The notes: generated by a model not told the origin, from the letters alone. Shown: positions 36,855 through 47,310, counted from the stretch's first letter. The stretch is 64,000 bases of DNA from an uncultured Porphyromonadaceae bacterium (GCA_900545955.1 URAU01000012.1:6604-70603), one strand, 5' to 3'. Translations and numbers: made by a program.

Positions 36855-37961
36855 ATGCAACTATACCCCAAACTCATACTCGACGCGCTTAAAAACGTGC
36901 GTTATCCCGCCTCCGGCAAGAACATTGTCGACGCCGGAATGGTGGAGGACGACATCCGTATCGACGGCAACAAGGTGAGCTTCTCGCTCATCTTCGAGAA
37001 ACCCACCGACCCCTTCATCAAATCGATTGTGCGCGCCGCCGAGACGGCCATCCAGACCTATATCTCGCCCGAAGTCGACATCAAGGGCAATATCGCGGTG
37101 AAAACCACCGCCGCGATGCCCCAGCCTGCCGAAAAACCTCTGAAACAGGTAAAAAACATTATCGGCGTAAGCTCCGGCAAGGGTGGCGTGGGCAAGTCGA
37201 CCGTGGCCAGCAATCTGGCCGTGGCGCTCGCCCGCGAAGGCTATCGCGTCGGCCTGCTCGACGCCGATATTTTTGGGCCGTCCATCCCCAAGATGTTCGG
37301 CGTAGAGGATGAGGAACTTTACATCCATGAGGTCGACGGCCGCCAGCTCATAATCCCCATTGAGAAATACGGCGTGAAGATTCTCTCCATCGGCTTCCTC
37401 GTCGATAAGAACGCCCCGGTGCTCTGGCGCGGCTCGATGGCTTCCAACGCTCTCCGCCAGCTTATCTCTGACGCTGACTGGGGTGAGCTCGACTACTTCG
37501 TAATCGACATGCCTCCGGGCACGAGCGACATCCACCTCACCCTCGTGCAGCAGCTTGCAATTACCGGTGTGGTCATAGTCAGCACCCCCCAGCAGGTGGC
37601 GCTCGCCGATGCCCGCAAGGGAATTTCTATGTTCACCGGCGAGAAGGTGAACGTGCCTATTCTCGGCCTTGTCGAGAATATGGCCTGGTTCACACCCGAA
37701 AAACATCCCGACGAACGCTACTACATTTTCGGCCGCGAAGGCGGCGTGAAACTCGCTCAGGAACTGGGCGTGAAACTTCTTGCTCAAATCCCGCTGGTTG
37801 TCGACGTATGCGACGACGGCGACGCAGGTACTCCCATCGCACTGAAGGACTCGGTGATGGGCCATGAATTCCTCCATCTTGCCCACGAGGTGGTCGACGC
37901 CGTGGATGAGCGCAACAATTCGCTACCACCTACCCAGAAGGTGGAAATAAAGACCAAATAG
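36855..37961 (+). CDS. mrp: Mrp/NBP35/ApbC Fe-S cluster carrier ATPase
   Basis: SGKGGVGKST, DADIFGPSIP, DMPPGTSD and GLVENM. Confidence 0.93.
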   Translation: MQLYPKLILDALKNVRYPASGKNIVDAGMVEDDIRIDGNKVSFSLIFEKPTDPFIKSIVRAAETAIQTYISPEVDIKGNIAVKTTAAMPQPAEKPLKQVKNIIGVSSGKGGVGKSTVASNLAVALAREGYRVGLLDADIFGPSIPKMFGVEDEELYIHEVDGRQLIIPIEKYGVKILSIGFLVDKNAPVLWRGSMASNALRQLISDADWGELDYFVIDMPPGTSDIHLTLVQQLAITGVVIVSTPQQVALADARKGISMFTGEKVNVPILGLVENMAWFTPEKHPDERYYIFGREGGVKLAQELGVKLLAQIPLVVDVCDDGDAGTPIALKDSVMGHEFLHLAHEVVDAVDERNNSLPPTQKVEIKTK

Positions 37962-37968
37962 CCCGCAC

Positions 37969-38003
37969 TAAGTAACCGGTCGAAATTATTTTAATGTTAC
38001 TTA
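37969..38003. repeat. Collapsed copy (ends only) of palindromic element family A
   Basis: TAAGTAACCGGTCGAAATTATTT...GTTACTTA matches the left and right ends of 38440-38626. Confidence 0.7.
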
Positions 38004-38004
38004 T

Positions 38005-38442
38005 ATGGCCAAAATTCTCATTATCAACGGGCCGAACCTCAATCTGCTCGGCGTGCGCGAGCCGGATGTCTACGGCCGAATCTCGATGGACGACTATCTG
38101 AAGGCCCTCGCCGTGGACTATCCCCATGTGGAGATCGACTACTACCAGAGCAACCACGAGGGCGACCTGATCGACCGCCTCCACGAGGCAGGTTTCGACA
38201 GCAGTCTGGCTGGTATCGTGTTCAATGCCGGCGCATATACCCACACGTCGCTCGCCCTGGCCGATGCCATCCGCTCGATTGAAACGCCTGTGGTTGAAGT
38301 GCATATCTCCAACGTGGCGGCGCGCCCGGAGTCAATCCGCCACCAGTCGCTCATCGCTCCGGCCTGCCGCGGCACCATCGCCGGATTCGGTATGGACTCC
38401 TACCGCCTCGGCATCGAGGCCCTGCTCGAAGGGGCGTCGTAA
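38005..38442 (+). CDS. aroQ: Type II 3-dehydroquinate dehydratase
   Basis: NGPNLNLLGVREP, QSNHEG, NAGAYTHTS and EVHISN. Confidence 0.96.
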   Translation: MAKILIINGPNLNLLGVREPDVYGRISMDDYLKALAVDYPHVEIDYYQSNHEGDLIDRLHEAGFDSSLAGIVFNAGAYTHTSLALADAIRSIETPVVEVHISNVAARPESIRHQSLIAPACRGTIAGFGMDSYRLGIEALLEGAS

Positions 38443-38626
38443 GTAACTGGTCGAAATTATTTAAATATTTCCGGGAGGAAAATTTTCAGGAGATTTTTCT
38501 CGATGAAGAAGGAGTGTAGATGTCTACACGACTGATGAAGAGAGGAAAAGATGCGAAAATTTTACCGCGGAAATATTGAAAATAATTAGAGCAGGATAGT
38601 ATTAAATAATTTTGAACAGTTACTTA
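38440..38626. mobile_element. 187-bp palindromic MITE-like element (family A)
   Basis: 25-bp terminal inverted repeats (23/25 match) beginning and ending with TA; internal symmetry; central hairpin GTGTAGA-TG-TCTACAC. The left TA coincides with the aroQ stop codon. Confidence 0.75.
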
Positions 38627-38639
38627 ACAGTCTGATGCA

Positions 38640-39275
38640 ATGACAGAAGAGCTCGAATCCTATATAATCGACCATTCCGACGCCGAGCCCGAAAGTCTGC
38701 GCCGGCTGGAGCGCGACGTTAACCTGCGGCTGCTCTACCCGCGCATGTGTTCCGGCCGCTATCAGGGGCGTCTGCTCAAGATGCTGACCGCGATGGTCGC
38801 TCCGCGGCGTGTGCTCGAAGTGGGCACCTACGCCGGTTACTCCGCCCTATGCATCGCTGAAGGCCTCCCAGAGGGCGCGACAGTCGACACCGTTGAGATC
38901 AACGACGAAATGGAACCGTTTATCCGGCGGCAGTTCGACCACTCCCCTTTCGGCCACCGCATCAACCTGATTATCGGCGACTTCGATGAAGTAGCACATA
39001 ACCTTACCACAGGCTACGACTTGGCCTACATCGACGGCAACAAGCGCACGTATCTCGAAACGTTCCGCAAAGTGCGCCGCCTTGTGCGCCCGGGAGGATT
39101 CGTCCTTGCAGACAATACCCTCTGGGACGGTAAGATAACAGACCTGAGCGCTTCCCACGACCCGCAGACACTCGGTATAGCCGAGTTCAACGACGCCGTG
39201 GCGGCCGATCCCACGCTTGAAAAGGTGATTCTCCCCGTGCGCGACGGCCTCACGCTCATACGCATACTCAGCTGA
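38640..39275 (+). CDS. SAM-dependent O-methyltransferase (Methyltransf_3 family)
   Basis: VLEVGTYAGYS, YIDGNK, DNTLWDG and PVRDGL. Confidence 0.9.
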   Translation: MTEELESYIIDHSDAEPESLRRLERDVNLRLLYPRMCSGRYQGRLLKMLTAMVAPRRVLEVGTYAGYSALCIAEGLPEGATVDTVEINDEMEPFIRRQFDHSPFGHRINLIIGDFDEVAHNLTTGYDLAYIDGNKRTYLETFRKVRRLVRPGGFVLADNTLWDGKITDLSASHDPQTLGIAEFNDAVAADPTLEKVILPVRDGLTLIRILS

Positions 39276-39304
39276 TTTAAAAGTATATCCACCCATAATC
39301 TCCA

Positions 39305-40216
39305 ATGGCAACGGTATCAGATACAGACTCTATAGCAGTGGTTGGAATGTTCGACGGCGTCCACGCCGGACACCGCCACCTGCTCGTGCATCTACGGCGC
39401 GAAGCTGCCGACTATGGGCTTAGGCCGCTTGTCGTTACGTTTGCCAACCATCCGTTGGAACTAATCGCCCCTGCAAAGGCACCGGCTCTGCTCAGCTCTC
39501 CCGACGAAAAGCTTCTGCTTCTGGCCCGCGAGGGTGTGGAAGTGGAGATGCTTACCTTCGACGAGGCGCTGCGCAACACATCCACCGAAGGCTTTCTCCG
39601 AATGCTCCGCGACCGCTGGAACGTAAGGCGCATGCTTCTTGGCTTCAACAACCGCTTCGGCCACGACGCGCCATCAGATTTCGCCGAATATCAGCAAATC
39701 GGCCGCAAATGCGACATCGAAATCGAGCGTGGCACGGAGTTCTCATCCGCAGCCTCGCAAACCGTCAGCTCTTCGGAAATCCGCCGCCTGATTCTAAACC
39801 ACGACATACAGGGCGCCAACGTCCTGCTCGGGCGCCGCTACAGCCTGGTGGGCAAGGTGGCTCACGGACAGGCCATCGGCCGCACAATCGGGTTTCCCAC
39901 GGCTAATGTCGTCCCCGCATTTGGCCGTAAACTCATTCCCCCCGGTGGAGTCTATGCCGTCGAGGCAATGACAACCGACGGAAGCCGCTACGCTGCGATG
40001 GTTAATATCGGCGCACGCCCCACGATCTGTCCCGACGGCGCCACCCCAACTATCGAAGCCAACCTCATCGGCTTCGACGGCGACCTTTACGGGACGCAGC
40101 TCGCCCTGAACTTCATCGCTTACCTGCGCCCCGAGCGCAAATTCCCTTCCCTCGATGCCCTGCAGGCCCAGCTTTCCCTCGACCGCACCGCCGCCCTCCG
40201 GCTCTCCCAAAGCTAA
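39305..40216 (+). CDS. ribF: Bifunctional riboflavin kinase/FAD synthetase
   Basis: GMFDGVHAGH, VSSSEIR, GRTIGFPTAN, GVYA and LRPERKF. Confidence 0.94.
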   Translation: MATVSDTDSIAVVGMFDGVHAGHRHLLVHLRREAADYGLRPLVVTFANHPLELIAPAKAPALLSSPDEKLLLLAREGVEVEMLTFDEALRNTSTEGFLRMLRDRWNVRRMLLGFNNRFGHDAPSDFAEYQQIGRKCDIEIERGTEFSSAASQTVSSSEIRRLILNHDIQGANVLLGRRYSLVGKVAHGQAIGRTIGFPTANVVPAFGRKLIPPGGVYAVEAMTTDGSRYAAMVNIGARPTICPDGATPTIEANLIGFDGDLYGTQLALNFIAYLRPERKFPSLDALQAQLSLDRTAALRLSQS

Positions 40217-40255
40217 AGATACCCCGGCATCTGCTTACATTTAAAAAAGCTCTCC

Positions 40256-41308
40256 CTATTTTCGGAATTTGAGGTTGGTCCAGTCGAGTAGAACGCGGAC
40301 GGAGAGTCGCTGATAGAAGATGAAGCTCGACTGGGCGACGTTGAAGTCGAGTGAGGCCTGGAGGTCAACCCATTTGTTGAGCACGATGTGGGCATATACG
40401 TCCGTGCGGTTATAGAATTTCGACTGATAGTAGGGTTCACCCTGATAGAGCGAGGCTCCGAATTCGCCGTAGCTAGGCATGAGTCGTCCGCCGGCATAGA
40501 ATGAGTTCTTCAGACCGAGCCATTTCCACTCGCCGAGCAGTTCGACCCAACCGCCGACGGGCGTTTTCCATCCGTTGCCATTGGCGCGATTGCGCTCTAC
40601 AGTGGCGAGCGCACCGGCTTTTACCACGAGTGAATCGAGGGAGGTATGGCGGCTGAAATCCAGTCCTACATAGGGGTTGACCATAAAATTGTCGACGATG
40701 TGCATATCGTCGGGGGCGTTCTTTGTCAGCGCGTAATGATTCATCATAAGATGGCCGCCGACAAGGAACGTCGAGGCGCGGGGACGCCACTCGCCATGAA
40801 ACACGATGTTAAACTGCTCGCGTTTAGTCTCGGTCTGGCGCTGGCGCCAGTCGAGGTAGAAGTCGATAAATGCCTTGTCGCTGTGGTACTGCACCAGGGC
40901 GCCGCGGATGTTGTGCTGGAAATAGGTCAGAGAGTCGCTCCATAGGAATCCGGGGAGCTGCTCGCGCAGCTGGGTGCGCGGAAACATACCCAGCGAAAGG
41001 CTCCAGAGCCGCTCGGAGTGGCGGTAATAGACTATCGGGCGTACGGTAGCGTCGTCGATGTCGTTGGCCACGGGCTGATTCCACACCGCTCCGGCCGAGA
41101 TGCGGTCGCGGTTCGTAAACTTTATCCCCCCTTCTACAGCCAGGTTGGTAAAAAAGAAGGTTTTTGCCTCGGCATACTTATTGTCGCCCTCGCGGTTGTC
41201 GAACACCGACCCGAAGTCGACGCTCCACGTCGGCTCCACGGCCGCCATGGGCAGGATGGCCCAGACAGCCGAGAAAATAATTGCGATAATACGTTGAATT
41301 GGTTTCAT
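40256..41308 (-). CDS. Hypothetical exported, probable outer-membrane beta-barrel protein
   Basis: Signal peptide, FDNRE motif and amphipathic aromatic-rich strands. Confidence 0.7.
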   Translation of the reverse strand: MKPIQRIIAIIFSAVWAILPMAAVEPTWSVDFGSVFDNREGDNKYAEAKTFFFTNLAVEGGIKFTNRDRISAGAVWNQPVANDIDDATVRPIVYYRHSERLWSLSLGMFPRTQLREQLPGFLWSDSLTYFQHNIRGALVQYHSDKAFIDFYLDWRQRQTETKREQFNIVFHGEWRPRASTFLVGGHLMMNHYALTKNAPDDMHIVDNFMVNPYVGLDFSRHTSLDSLVVKAGALATVERNRANGNGWKTPVGGWVELLGEWKWLGLKNSFYAGGRLMPSYGEFGASLYQGEPYYQSKFYNRTDVYAHIVLNKWVDLQASLDFNVAQSSFIFYQRLSVRVLLDWTNLKFRK

Positions 41309-41441
41309 CTTGCTAATTTAAGCAAAATCCCCCACACTCACGCAATCACTTCGTGTCAAAACCTCCGCACTGACCTCAGTGGCCAGATTTCACGCCATTT
41401 ATCCTAATTACATTTAAATTTCTGCAAAAGGAGAGAAATTA

Positions 41442-41485
41442 TTTGGATTGAATTGTAATTAATACTAACTTTGTAATCGTTACAA
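41442..41485 (+). promoter_or_regulatory. Promoter with an overlapping PerR/Fur-like 7-1-7 box
   Basis: TTTG (41442), 20-nt spacer, TAACTTTG (41466); palindrome TTGTAAT-C-GTTACAA at 41471-41485, similar to the Per box TTATAATnATTATAA. Confidence 0.7.
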
Positions 41486-41503
41486 CATAGTTAAAACTAC
41501 AAA

Positions 41504-41953
41504 ATGCAACAGAACCGCACACCAAACCCTGCAGACCTTGCAGAAATGATGCATACGGCAGGCGTCCGCCCATCGGCGCAACGCCTTGCGATTCTCCGCA
41601 ACATAGTAGACAAACGGCAACATCCCACCGCCGACGAGATTTTTCGCGACCTGCACACAGAATACCCCACAATGTCGCGTACAACGGTATACAACTCGCT
41701 GCGCGTTCTTACAGACGCGGGTCTTCTCAGAGAGCTTGAAGTGGAAAGCGGCAACCGCCGGTATGATTTCAAGCCCCAGCCGCCCCACGGCCATCTGCGG
41801 TGCAGTCGATGCGGACGCATTTTCGACATGGCGCTTCCCGAAGGGTTACGGCTGCCAGTCGCTCAAGGATTTCACATCGACAGCGTCGACATATTCTTCC
41901 ACGGACTCTGCCCGGCCTGCAGCCATAAGGAGCCATACAAAACCGATAAATAA
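41504..41953 (+). CDS. Fur/PerR-family regulator
   Basis: [33 protein letters not shown] and GLCPAC; upstream of rubrerythrin. Confidence 0.92.
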   Translation: MQQNRTPNPADLAEMMHTAGVRPSAQRLAILRNIVDKRQHPTADEIFRDLHTEYPTMSRTTVYNSLRVLTDAGLLRELEVESGNRRYDFKPQPPHGHLRCSRCGRIFDMALPEGLRLPVAQGFHIDSVDIFFHGLCPACSHKEPYKTDK

Positions 41954-41993
41954 TCAATATATTCACCCAATAACTCAAACAAAACTTTACAAC

Positions 41994-42536
41994 ATGAACA
42001 AACTAAAAGGAACAAAGACCGAACGCAACCTGATGGAAGCCTTCGCAGGCGAATCGCAGGCACGCAATAAGTATACCTATTATGCATCGAAAGCTCGCAA
42101 GGACGGCTACGAACAGATTGCAGCCCTCTTCGAAGAGACCGCCGCCAACGAGAAAGAACACGCCAAGCTCTGGTTCAAATATCTCCACGGTGGCGAGATT
42201 CCCGACACCATGACAAATCTCCGCGATGCCGCCGACGGTGAGAATTTCGAATGGACGGACATGTATGAGCGCATGGCTCGCGAGGCCGAAGAAGAAGGCT
42301 TTAAGGAAATTGCATGGCGTTTCCGGGCAGTAGCAGCCATCGAACGCCACCACGAAGAGCGTTATCGCCGTCTGCTGGCCAACATCGAGGACGGCATAGT
42401 TTTCTCCCGCGATAACGATACAATCTGGATCTGCCGCAACTGCGGCCACATCGTAATCGGTAAAAAAGCTCCTGAAGTATGCCCCGTGTGCAAGCACTCC
42501 CGCAGCTTCTTCGAGATTGAGGCTAAAAACTATTGA
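41994..42536 (+). CDS. rbr: Rubrerythrin
   Basis: [22 protein letters not shown] and C-terminal CRNCG...CPVC. Confidence 0.95.
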   Translation: MNKLKGTKTERNLMEAFAGESQARNKYTYYASKARKDGYEQIAALFEETAANEKEHAKLWFKYLHGGEIPDTMTNLRDAADGENFEWTDMYERMAREAEEEGFKEIAWRFRAVAAIERHHEERYRRLLANIEDGIVFSRDNDTIWICRNCGHIVIGKKAPEVCPVCKHSRSFFEIEAKNY

Positions 42537-42548
42537 CGTCTGATAATC

Positions 42549-43052
42549 ATGGATCCAAAAGTTCTATATAATCTCTCCTACGGGGTCTATATCGTCGGAA
42601 CGTTCAAGGACGGCCGTCCGGTGGGCTGCACCATAAACACATGCTTTCAGATAACCGCCCAGAATCCCGTATTGGCCATCTCGCTCAATAAAAACAATTT
42701 CACACTTGAAGCCATAAAGGAAACCGGCCGTTTTTCAGTCTCCATCCTCTCGGAGGATACCGACCCTATGCTGATAGGGAAATTCGGATTCTTCAGCTCA
42801 AGGGACACCGATAAATACGACGGCATCGGCTACGACGTAGTTGACTACGTGCCCTGCGTAAAGGGTTCCTTCGCCGGACGGCTGATACTGGAAAAAGTCG
42901 ATACAGTCGACTGCGGCACGCATATGCTCGTGCTGGCCCGGCTGATCGACACAGTTGAAGGCAGCGGAAAGCCAATGACATATTCCTATTACCACAACGT
43001 AATCAAAGGATCAGAACCGCCATCGGCACCTCTGTATCAGAAAGACCGTTAA
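42549..43052 (+). CDS. Flavin reductase-like protein
   Basis: SYGVYIV, FGFFSSRDTDK, GTH and PMTYSYYH. Confidence 0.88.
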   Translation: MDPKVLYNLSYGVYIVGTFKDGRPVGCTINTCFQITAQNPVLAISLNKNNFTLEAIKETGRFSVSILSEDTDPMLIGKFGFFSSRDTDKYDGIGYDVVDYVPCVKGSFAGRLILEKVDTVDCGTHMLVLARLIDTVEGSGKPMTYSYYHNVIKGSEPPSAPLYQKDR

Positions 43053-43099
43053 CCGGTCGAGTATGTGCAAAACTGCATCTACACATCTCTCCCCCATTC

Positions 43100-43149
43100 A
43101 AAAAAATAAGACAGTACATCAGGCTCAAACCCGATATACTGTCTTTTTT
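43100..43149. terminator. Bidirectional terminator between convergent genes
   Basis: AAAAAAATAAGACAGTA...TACTGTCTTTTTT. Confidence 0.7.
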
Positions 43150-43171
43150 CGTTAGAACTGATCTATACGAA

Positions 43172-43768
43172 TCAGTGGCAGCAGCCGTCGCCACAGCCGC
43201 AGTGGTCGTGGTCATGATCGCCGCAACCGCAATCGTCATGGTCGCCGCAATGGTCGTGATCGCATCCGCACCCACAACCGTGAACAGGCTGTAGCTCCTC
43301 GGGAGTAGCGTCGCGAACGGCAAGAATCTTGCCGTCGAAACGAACCGACTTGCCTGCCAGAGGATGGTTAAAGTCCATACGCACATGAGTAGGAGTAACA
43401 TCCTTTACAAGACCGTTGATACGGAAGCCGTCGGCAGTCATCATCGGCACGAGCGCACCTACACGAATCATTTTTTCGTCAAATTTGCCGTCGACTACGA
43501 AAAGGTCACGCTCAAGGCTGACAACCTGCTCCGGATCGTAGGGACCGAAAGCCTCATCGGCTGTAGCGGTGACATTGAATTTACCGCCAACTTCAAGGCC
43601 TTCGATAGCTTTTTCGAGCGGGGCAATCATACCGCGCGTTACTCCGAAGATAATCTTCTCGGGATCGGACTTGTCTGTCTGATGCACGAGCTGCTCCTTA
43701 CCGTCAGCCTCGACTGCATAAAGGTCGTAGCCGAGTTCAACATATTTTCCGGGTTCGATTCTTTCCAT
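43172..43768 (-). CDS. slyD: FKBP-type peptidyl-prolyl isomerase SlyD
   Basis: AFGPYD and DFNHPLAGK motifs; His/Cys-rich C-terminal tail. Confidence 0.92.
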   Translation of the reverse strand: MERIEPGKYVELGYDLYAVEADGKEQLVHQTDKSDPEKIIFGVTRGMIAPLEKAIEGLEVGGKFNVTATADEAFGPYDPEQVVSLERDLFVVDGKFDEKMIRVGALVPMMTADGFRINGLVKDVTPTHVRMDFNHPLAGKSVRFDGKILAVRDATPEELQPVHGCGCGCDHDHCGDHDDCGCGDHDHDHCGCGDGCCH

Positions 43769-43928
43769 AATTATATCGTTGTTTTGTAATTGATTATCAT
43801 CTTATTAATTAATAATGGCTTTCTGCCATGACATCGGCTTTACGAGCCTCCGCGAAAGTGCCATTGCTCACAATAAATAATAACAAATTTCGTGCCAAAA
43901 TGGTTGGACGGGAGAGTTGGGAAGGAGA

Positions 43929-45335
43929 CTATTCTCGTCGGAGGGATTTCCAGCCTACGACGAGCGAGACGAGAGCTATCGGAGTCGCCCACCAGGCGGA
44001 TCCTACCACAGCCAGAAGCCCGGAGGCACCGGTCATCACCACGGCATAGCCGAGCATCCGCCATACCATTATACTGAGCCTGAGCTTATAGCGCCGGAAA
44101 TATACATATGAAATTATTCCGATATAGGCGGCGTACCAAAGCGTGTATGCCAGTCCGAGACCCAGGAATCCGGCCAGACGGAAACCAACGATATTGAGAA
44201 CGAGCGCAACAACCGCCGAAAGACTCTCGGTGATAAGGAAAATCCGTCCGTCGCCCCGCGCCACAATCACGTAGGCCATACACCATGCCACGGCACGAAG
44301 TGCCGTTCCCGTCATGGCAAACGCCGCCATCGGGATAACCGGAAGAAACTCATGGCTATATAGAAGTTCCACCACCGGCTGGAGGCACGCCACAAACGTT
44401 GTGGCCACCGGCACCAGAATCGCCAAAGCGATAATCGCCTGATTGGCTACAAACGAGCTTTCGCGCCTGGGCTTCCCCTCTACTGCAGCCAGACGTGGGA
44501 AATACTCCATCGATATGGCTGCGAAAATCAATCCGGCGTAGCGGTTGATCAGGGTGAAACCTGCATTGTAGATACCTATCGTATCGAGATCGGATGTATG
44601 GGCCAGATAGGCGAGAAAAATATAGTTTATGGCGTTTACAGCAAGCTCTGAGAGCGTCATATAGAGTCCGAGCTGAAGGAACCTGCGCCCCAGGCGGAAC
44701 GTCTCCTTCACACCCATGGTGCGATCGGGAGCCGGGAGTTTGCGACGGTATAGGCCCAGACAAATCCAGCTGACGAAATGGAAAGCTATTATCGAGGGAA
44801 TGATGGAATCGACGCGCCAATAGTAAAAAAGCGGTACAGATACCACAAGCCCACCTATCGCCCCGAGCGTAAGGCAGACCGTAAGCCGCCGGAACTGCTT
44901 CAACCCCTGAAAAATAGCCGCCTCGCCATTGTTCACGGTAATCAGAGCGATTGTAACGGCAAGCCACGCGAACGATGGCCACCCCTGCCGCGAACCAAGC
45001 GAAGCCTCGGCAAGCCATGGCGACAATATCAGCATGAGCAACCCACCTGCCAGACCGAGCCACAAGGAGATGCGACGAACGGCATGCCCCAGATTCGCCA
45101 CAGCATCAGGCTCGGCCGAAGCCATCTCCCGGACGGCCGTCTGGCGCAGATTGAGCTGCGCGAAATTTCCGAAAGTGGCAATCGCTGAATTGAATATACC
45201 GAACAGCCCGACGCCTACGGGGCCGATCCACATGGCCACAAGCTTGGTGCGCACAATGGAGCAGAGGATGCTCACGGCCTGCTGGCCTCCAAACATCCCC
45301 GTAATCTTCAATATGTTGCGGTTCGTGGCTTTCAA
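43929..45335 (-). CDS. Wzx-type oligosaccharide flippase
   Basis: ~12 TM segments; RTKLVAMWIGPVGVGLFG and EYFPRL. Confidence 0.85.
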   Translation of the reverse strand: MKATNRNILKITGMFGGQQAVSILCSIVRTKLVAMWIGPVGVGLFGIFNSAIATFGNFAQLNLRQTAVREMASAEPDAVANLGHAVRRISLWLGLAGGLLMLILSPWLAEASLGSRQGWPSFAWLAVTIALITVNNGEAAIFQGLKQFRRLTVCLTLGAIGGLVVSVPLFYYWRVDSIIPSIIAFHFVSWICLGLYRRKLPAPDRTMGVKETFRLGRRFLQLGLYMTLSELAVNAINYIFLAYLAHTSDLDTIGIYNAGFTLINRYAGLIFAAISMEYFPRLAAVEGKPRRESSFVANQAIIALAILVPVATTFVACLQPVVELLYSHEFLPVIPMAAFAMTGTALRAVAWCMAYVIVARGDGRIFLITESLSAVVALVLNIVGFRLAGFLGLGLAYTLWYAAYIGIISYVYFRRYKLRLSIMVWRMLGYAVVMTGASGLLAVVGSAWWATPIALVSLVVGWKSLRRE

Positions 45336-45365
45336 ATCGGCTGTAATGGATTAAGTGAAAGGTTG

Positions 45366-45986
45366 TCATAAGCCCCGCAAAGGCTCAGGGCCTTCACGAA
45401 GCATTTCTGGTGCGTCGGAATCAATCAGGGAGACTACGGCGGTCTCCACACCGGGAACGTCGCCGGCATCGATGAAGGCGTCGGGGCCGAGCGGCTCCAT
45501 ACGCATCTTCACCTCCTCGGCATGTCCGAGCGCTTCAGGGTCTGCATCCTCCCATATGGCGCTGGCGCTTAGCAGAGGGTTCCCCAGCTCGGAGGCCAGA
45601 CGACGGGCTATTTCATTGCCGGACACCCGCACTCCAACCTCACGTCGACCCTTGAATGCCTTTGCCAGACGCGGAGAGGCCGGGAGAATGAACGTGAATG
45701 GTCCCGGAAGATTATCGCGAAGCAGGCGGAAGGCCTTGTTGTCGATGCTGGCAAAATCGCTGGCCTGCGAGATGTCGGCACACACCATCGAAAGCCGCTG
45801 CTTGGCCGGATTGATGCCACGCATACGGCATACGCGCTCTACGGCGCGGTTGCTCAACGCATCGCACCCTATCGCATAGGTGGAATCGGTCGGGTATACA
45901 ACCACTCCACCCCGGCGCAGGGTCTCCACTATTTCGTCGATATAGCGGTCGTTGATGCTCGAGGCATACATCCGGTAGCTTTTCAT
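45366..45986 (-). CDS. Sua5/YciO/YrdC family (threonylcarbamoyl-AMP synthase-like)
   Basis: VYPTDSTYAIGCD, LPGPFTFIL and VGVRV. Confidence 0.9.
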   Translation of the reverse strand: MKSYRMYASSINDRYIDEIVETLRRGGVVVYPTDSTYAIGCDALSNRAVERVCRMRGINPAKQRLSMVCADISQASDFASIDNKAFRLLRDNLPGPFTFILPASPRLAKAFKGRREVGVRVSGNEIARRLASELGNPLLSASAIWEDADPEALGHAEEVKMRMEPLGPDAFIDAGDVPGVETAVVSLIDSDAPEMLREGPEPLRGL

Positions 45987-46330
45987 CCTATAACCTTACA
46001 TTTAAATCCCATGGCAAGCAAAGCTGCGGCCACTGCCTTGCGCTTGTCGCCCTGAATAAGAATTTCTCCGCCACGGGAAGAGCCCCCACAGCCCAGACGC
46101 TGCTTGAGGCGCGAGGCAATCGCCGCTACATCGGTATCGGCGATGGTGAACCCCTCGACTATTGTGGCATCTTTTCCCTTGCGACCCTTGCGGTCAAGAA
46201 GCACTCGCAGGCTGTCGGTATACGTGGGAGCCGAGATTTGTTCGGGAGCCGTCTCCATCGAATTCTCGCTGATGGCGTCCTCGTTACCGAGGTCACTCTT
46301 CATGCGGTCGAGTACATCCTTCCAATCCAT
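45983..46330 (-). CDS. SUI1/YciH translation initiation factor-like protein
   Basis: RKGRKGKDATIVEGF and LKQRLGCGGS..GEILIQGD. Confidence 0.9.
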   Translation of the reverse strand: MDWKDVLDRMKSDLGNEDAISENSMETAPEQISAPTYTDSLRVLLDRKGRKGKDATIVEGFTIADTDVAAIASRLKQRLGCGGSSRGGEILIQGDKRKAVAAALLAMGFKCKVIG

Positions 46331-46335
46331 AAGAC

Positions 46336-46860
46336 TCAATGCAGCGTGGAGGTTGAATCAGCAATGGCGGGGAGGGGTTCCTCCTCGGCGATATCGCGGT
46401 CGGTGAGGTCTACGGGATTGTCGATTGAGAGCCCCAGACGACGCAGAAGCACGTAGTGGGGTGTATCCTCAAGCGGCAGACTTTCATAGAATGTTCTCAA
46501 CGAATCCTTCGATAGACGGAATGCACGTCGGAATAGCTGAGTGGCGTCGGCTATATTCTCGTCTTCGCCATTTCGCTCCGAAAGTTTCATGTAAAAGATG
46601 GCCAGCCGGGCGGCCTGATGTTCGTCCACGAGATCGGAATCGGCGCCGAGCGTCAGGTCTCGCAGACGGTCGGCCAGTTCCTGCGACTGCTCCACCCGGT
46701 TGGCTTCCAGAGCTACCGTGGCATCGTCAAATGTCGTCTCGAAATCAGGCGTCGAGCGGTCGGAACGGCATGCCGCAGCCGCCAGAACAAGCCCGACGAC
46801 AACGAACATGCGATAAATATTTCGTAACATAGAGTAGAATTCAGTGTGTTTCGGCGTCAA
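46336..46860 (-). CDS. Hypothetical helical lipoprotein (start uncertain, possibly 46830)
   Basis: Lipobox AAAC; co-oriented within the operon. Confidence 0.6.
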   Translation of the reverse strand: MTPKHTEFYSMLRNIYRMFVVVGLVLAAAACRSDRSTPDFETTFDDATVALEANRVEQSQELADRLRDLTLGADSDLVDEHQAARLAIFYMKLSERNGEDENIADATQLFRRAFRLSKDSLRTFYESLPLEDTPHYVLLRRLGLSIDNPVDLTDRDIAEEEPLPAIADSTSTLH

Positions 46861-46878
46861 TAAGATATTGAGCCAATG

Positions 46879-47310
46879 TTATTCAAGCCTACGATGATAA
46901 TCGTAGATGGCCCCCTGGCGCTCTATGCGCAGGGTAGTCTCGTCGAAATTCAATATGGGATAGGCCACTCTGGGAGCCACATTGCCCACAAGTCCGGGAT
47001 CGCCTTCCTCGATGGTGATTGAGGAAGCGTCGTTATGAAAAATCAGTGAATCGCCCTCCACATGCCATTCGCCCTCCACGAAGAAAGAAATCTCGCCCGG
47101 ACGTATCGCACGGATTACCGAGCGGTTGTCGGCGTTGAGTTCGATAAGCGGACGCGTATCGGAAATAGCCGGGATATAATATTTTCCCACCATCGCCTTC
47201 TCCTGCTTCGACATGCCGCCGCAGGAGGTCAGGATTGCGGCCATGCAAACGATTGCTGTTGAGATGGCTATGGAATATATCTTTGCTGTTATGAATCTGT
47301 TGCCAATCAT
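46879..47310 (-). CDS. Hypothetical lipoprotein (lipocalin-like)
   Basis: Lipobox LTSC; MVGKY and EGEW. Promoter TATCTTTG at 47339-47346 (-). Confidence 0.68.
   Translation of the reverse strand: MIGNRFITAKIYSIAISTAIVCMAAILTSCGGMSKQEKAMVGKYYIPAISDTRPLIELNADNRSVIRAIRPGEISFFVEGEWHVEGDSLIFHNDASSITIEEGDPGLVGNVAPRVAYPILNFDETTLRIERQGAIYDYHRRLE

Noticed and set aside
41736..41993. N-terminal extension of rubrerythrin
   Set aside because: Overlaps the Fur/PerR gene in another frame; the family start is [10 protein letters not shown] at 41994.
43172..43290. His/Cys/Asp-rich low-complexity repeat
   Set aside because: Normal metal-binding tail of SlyD.
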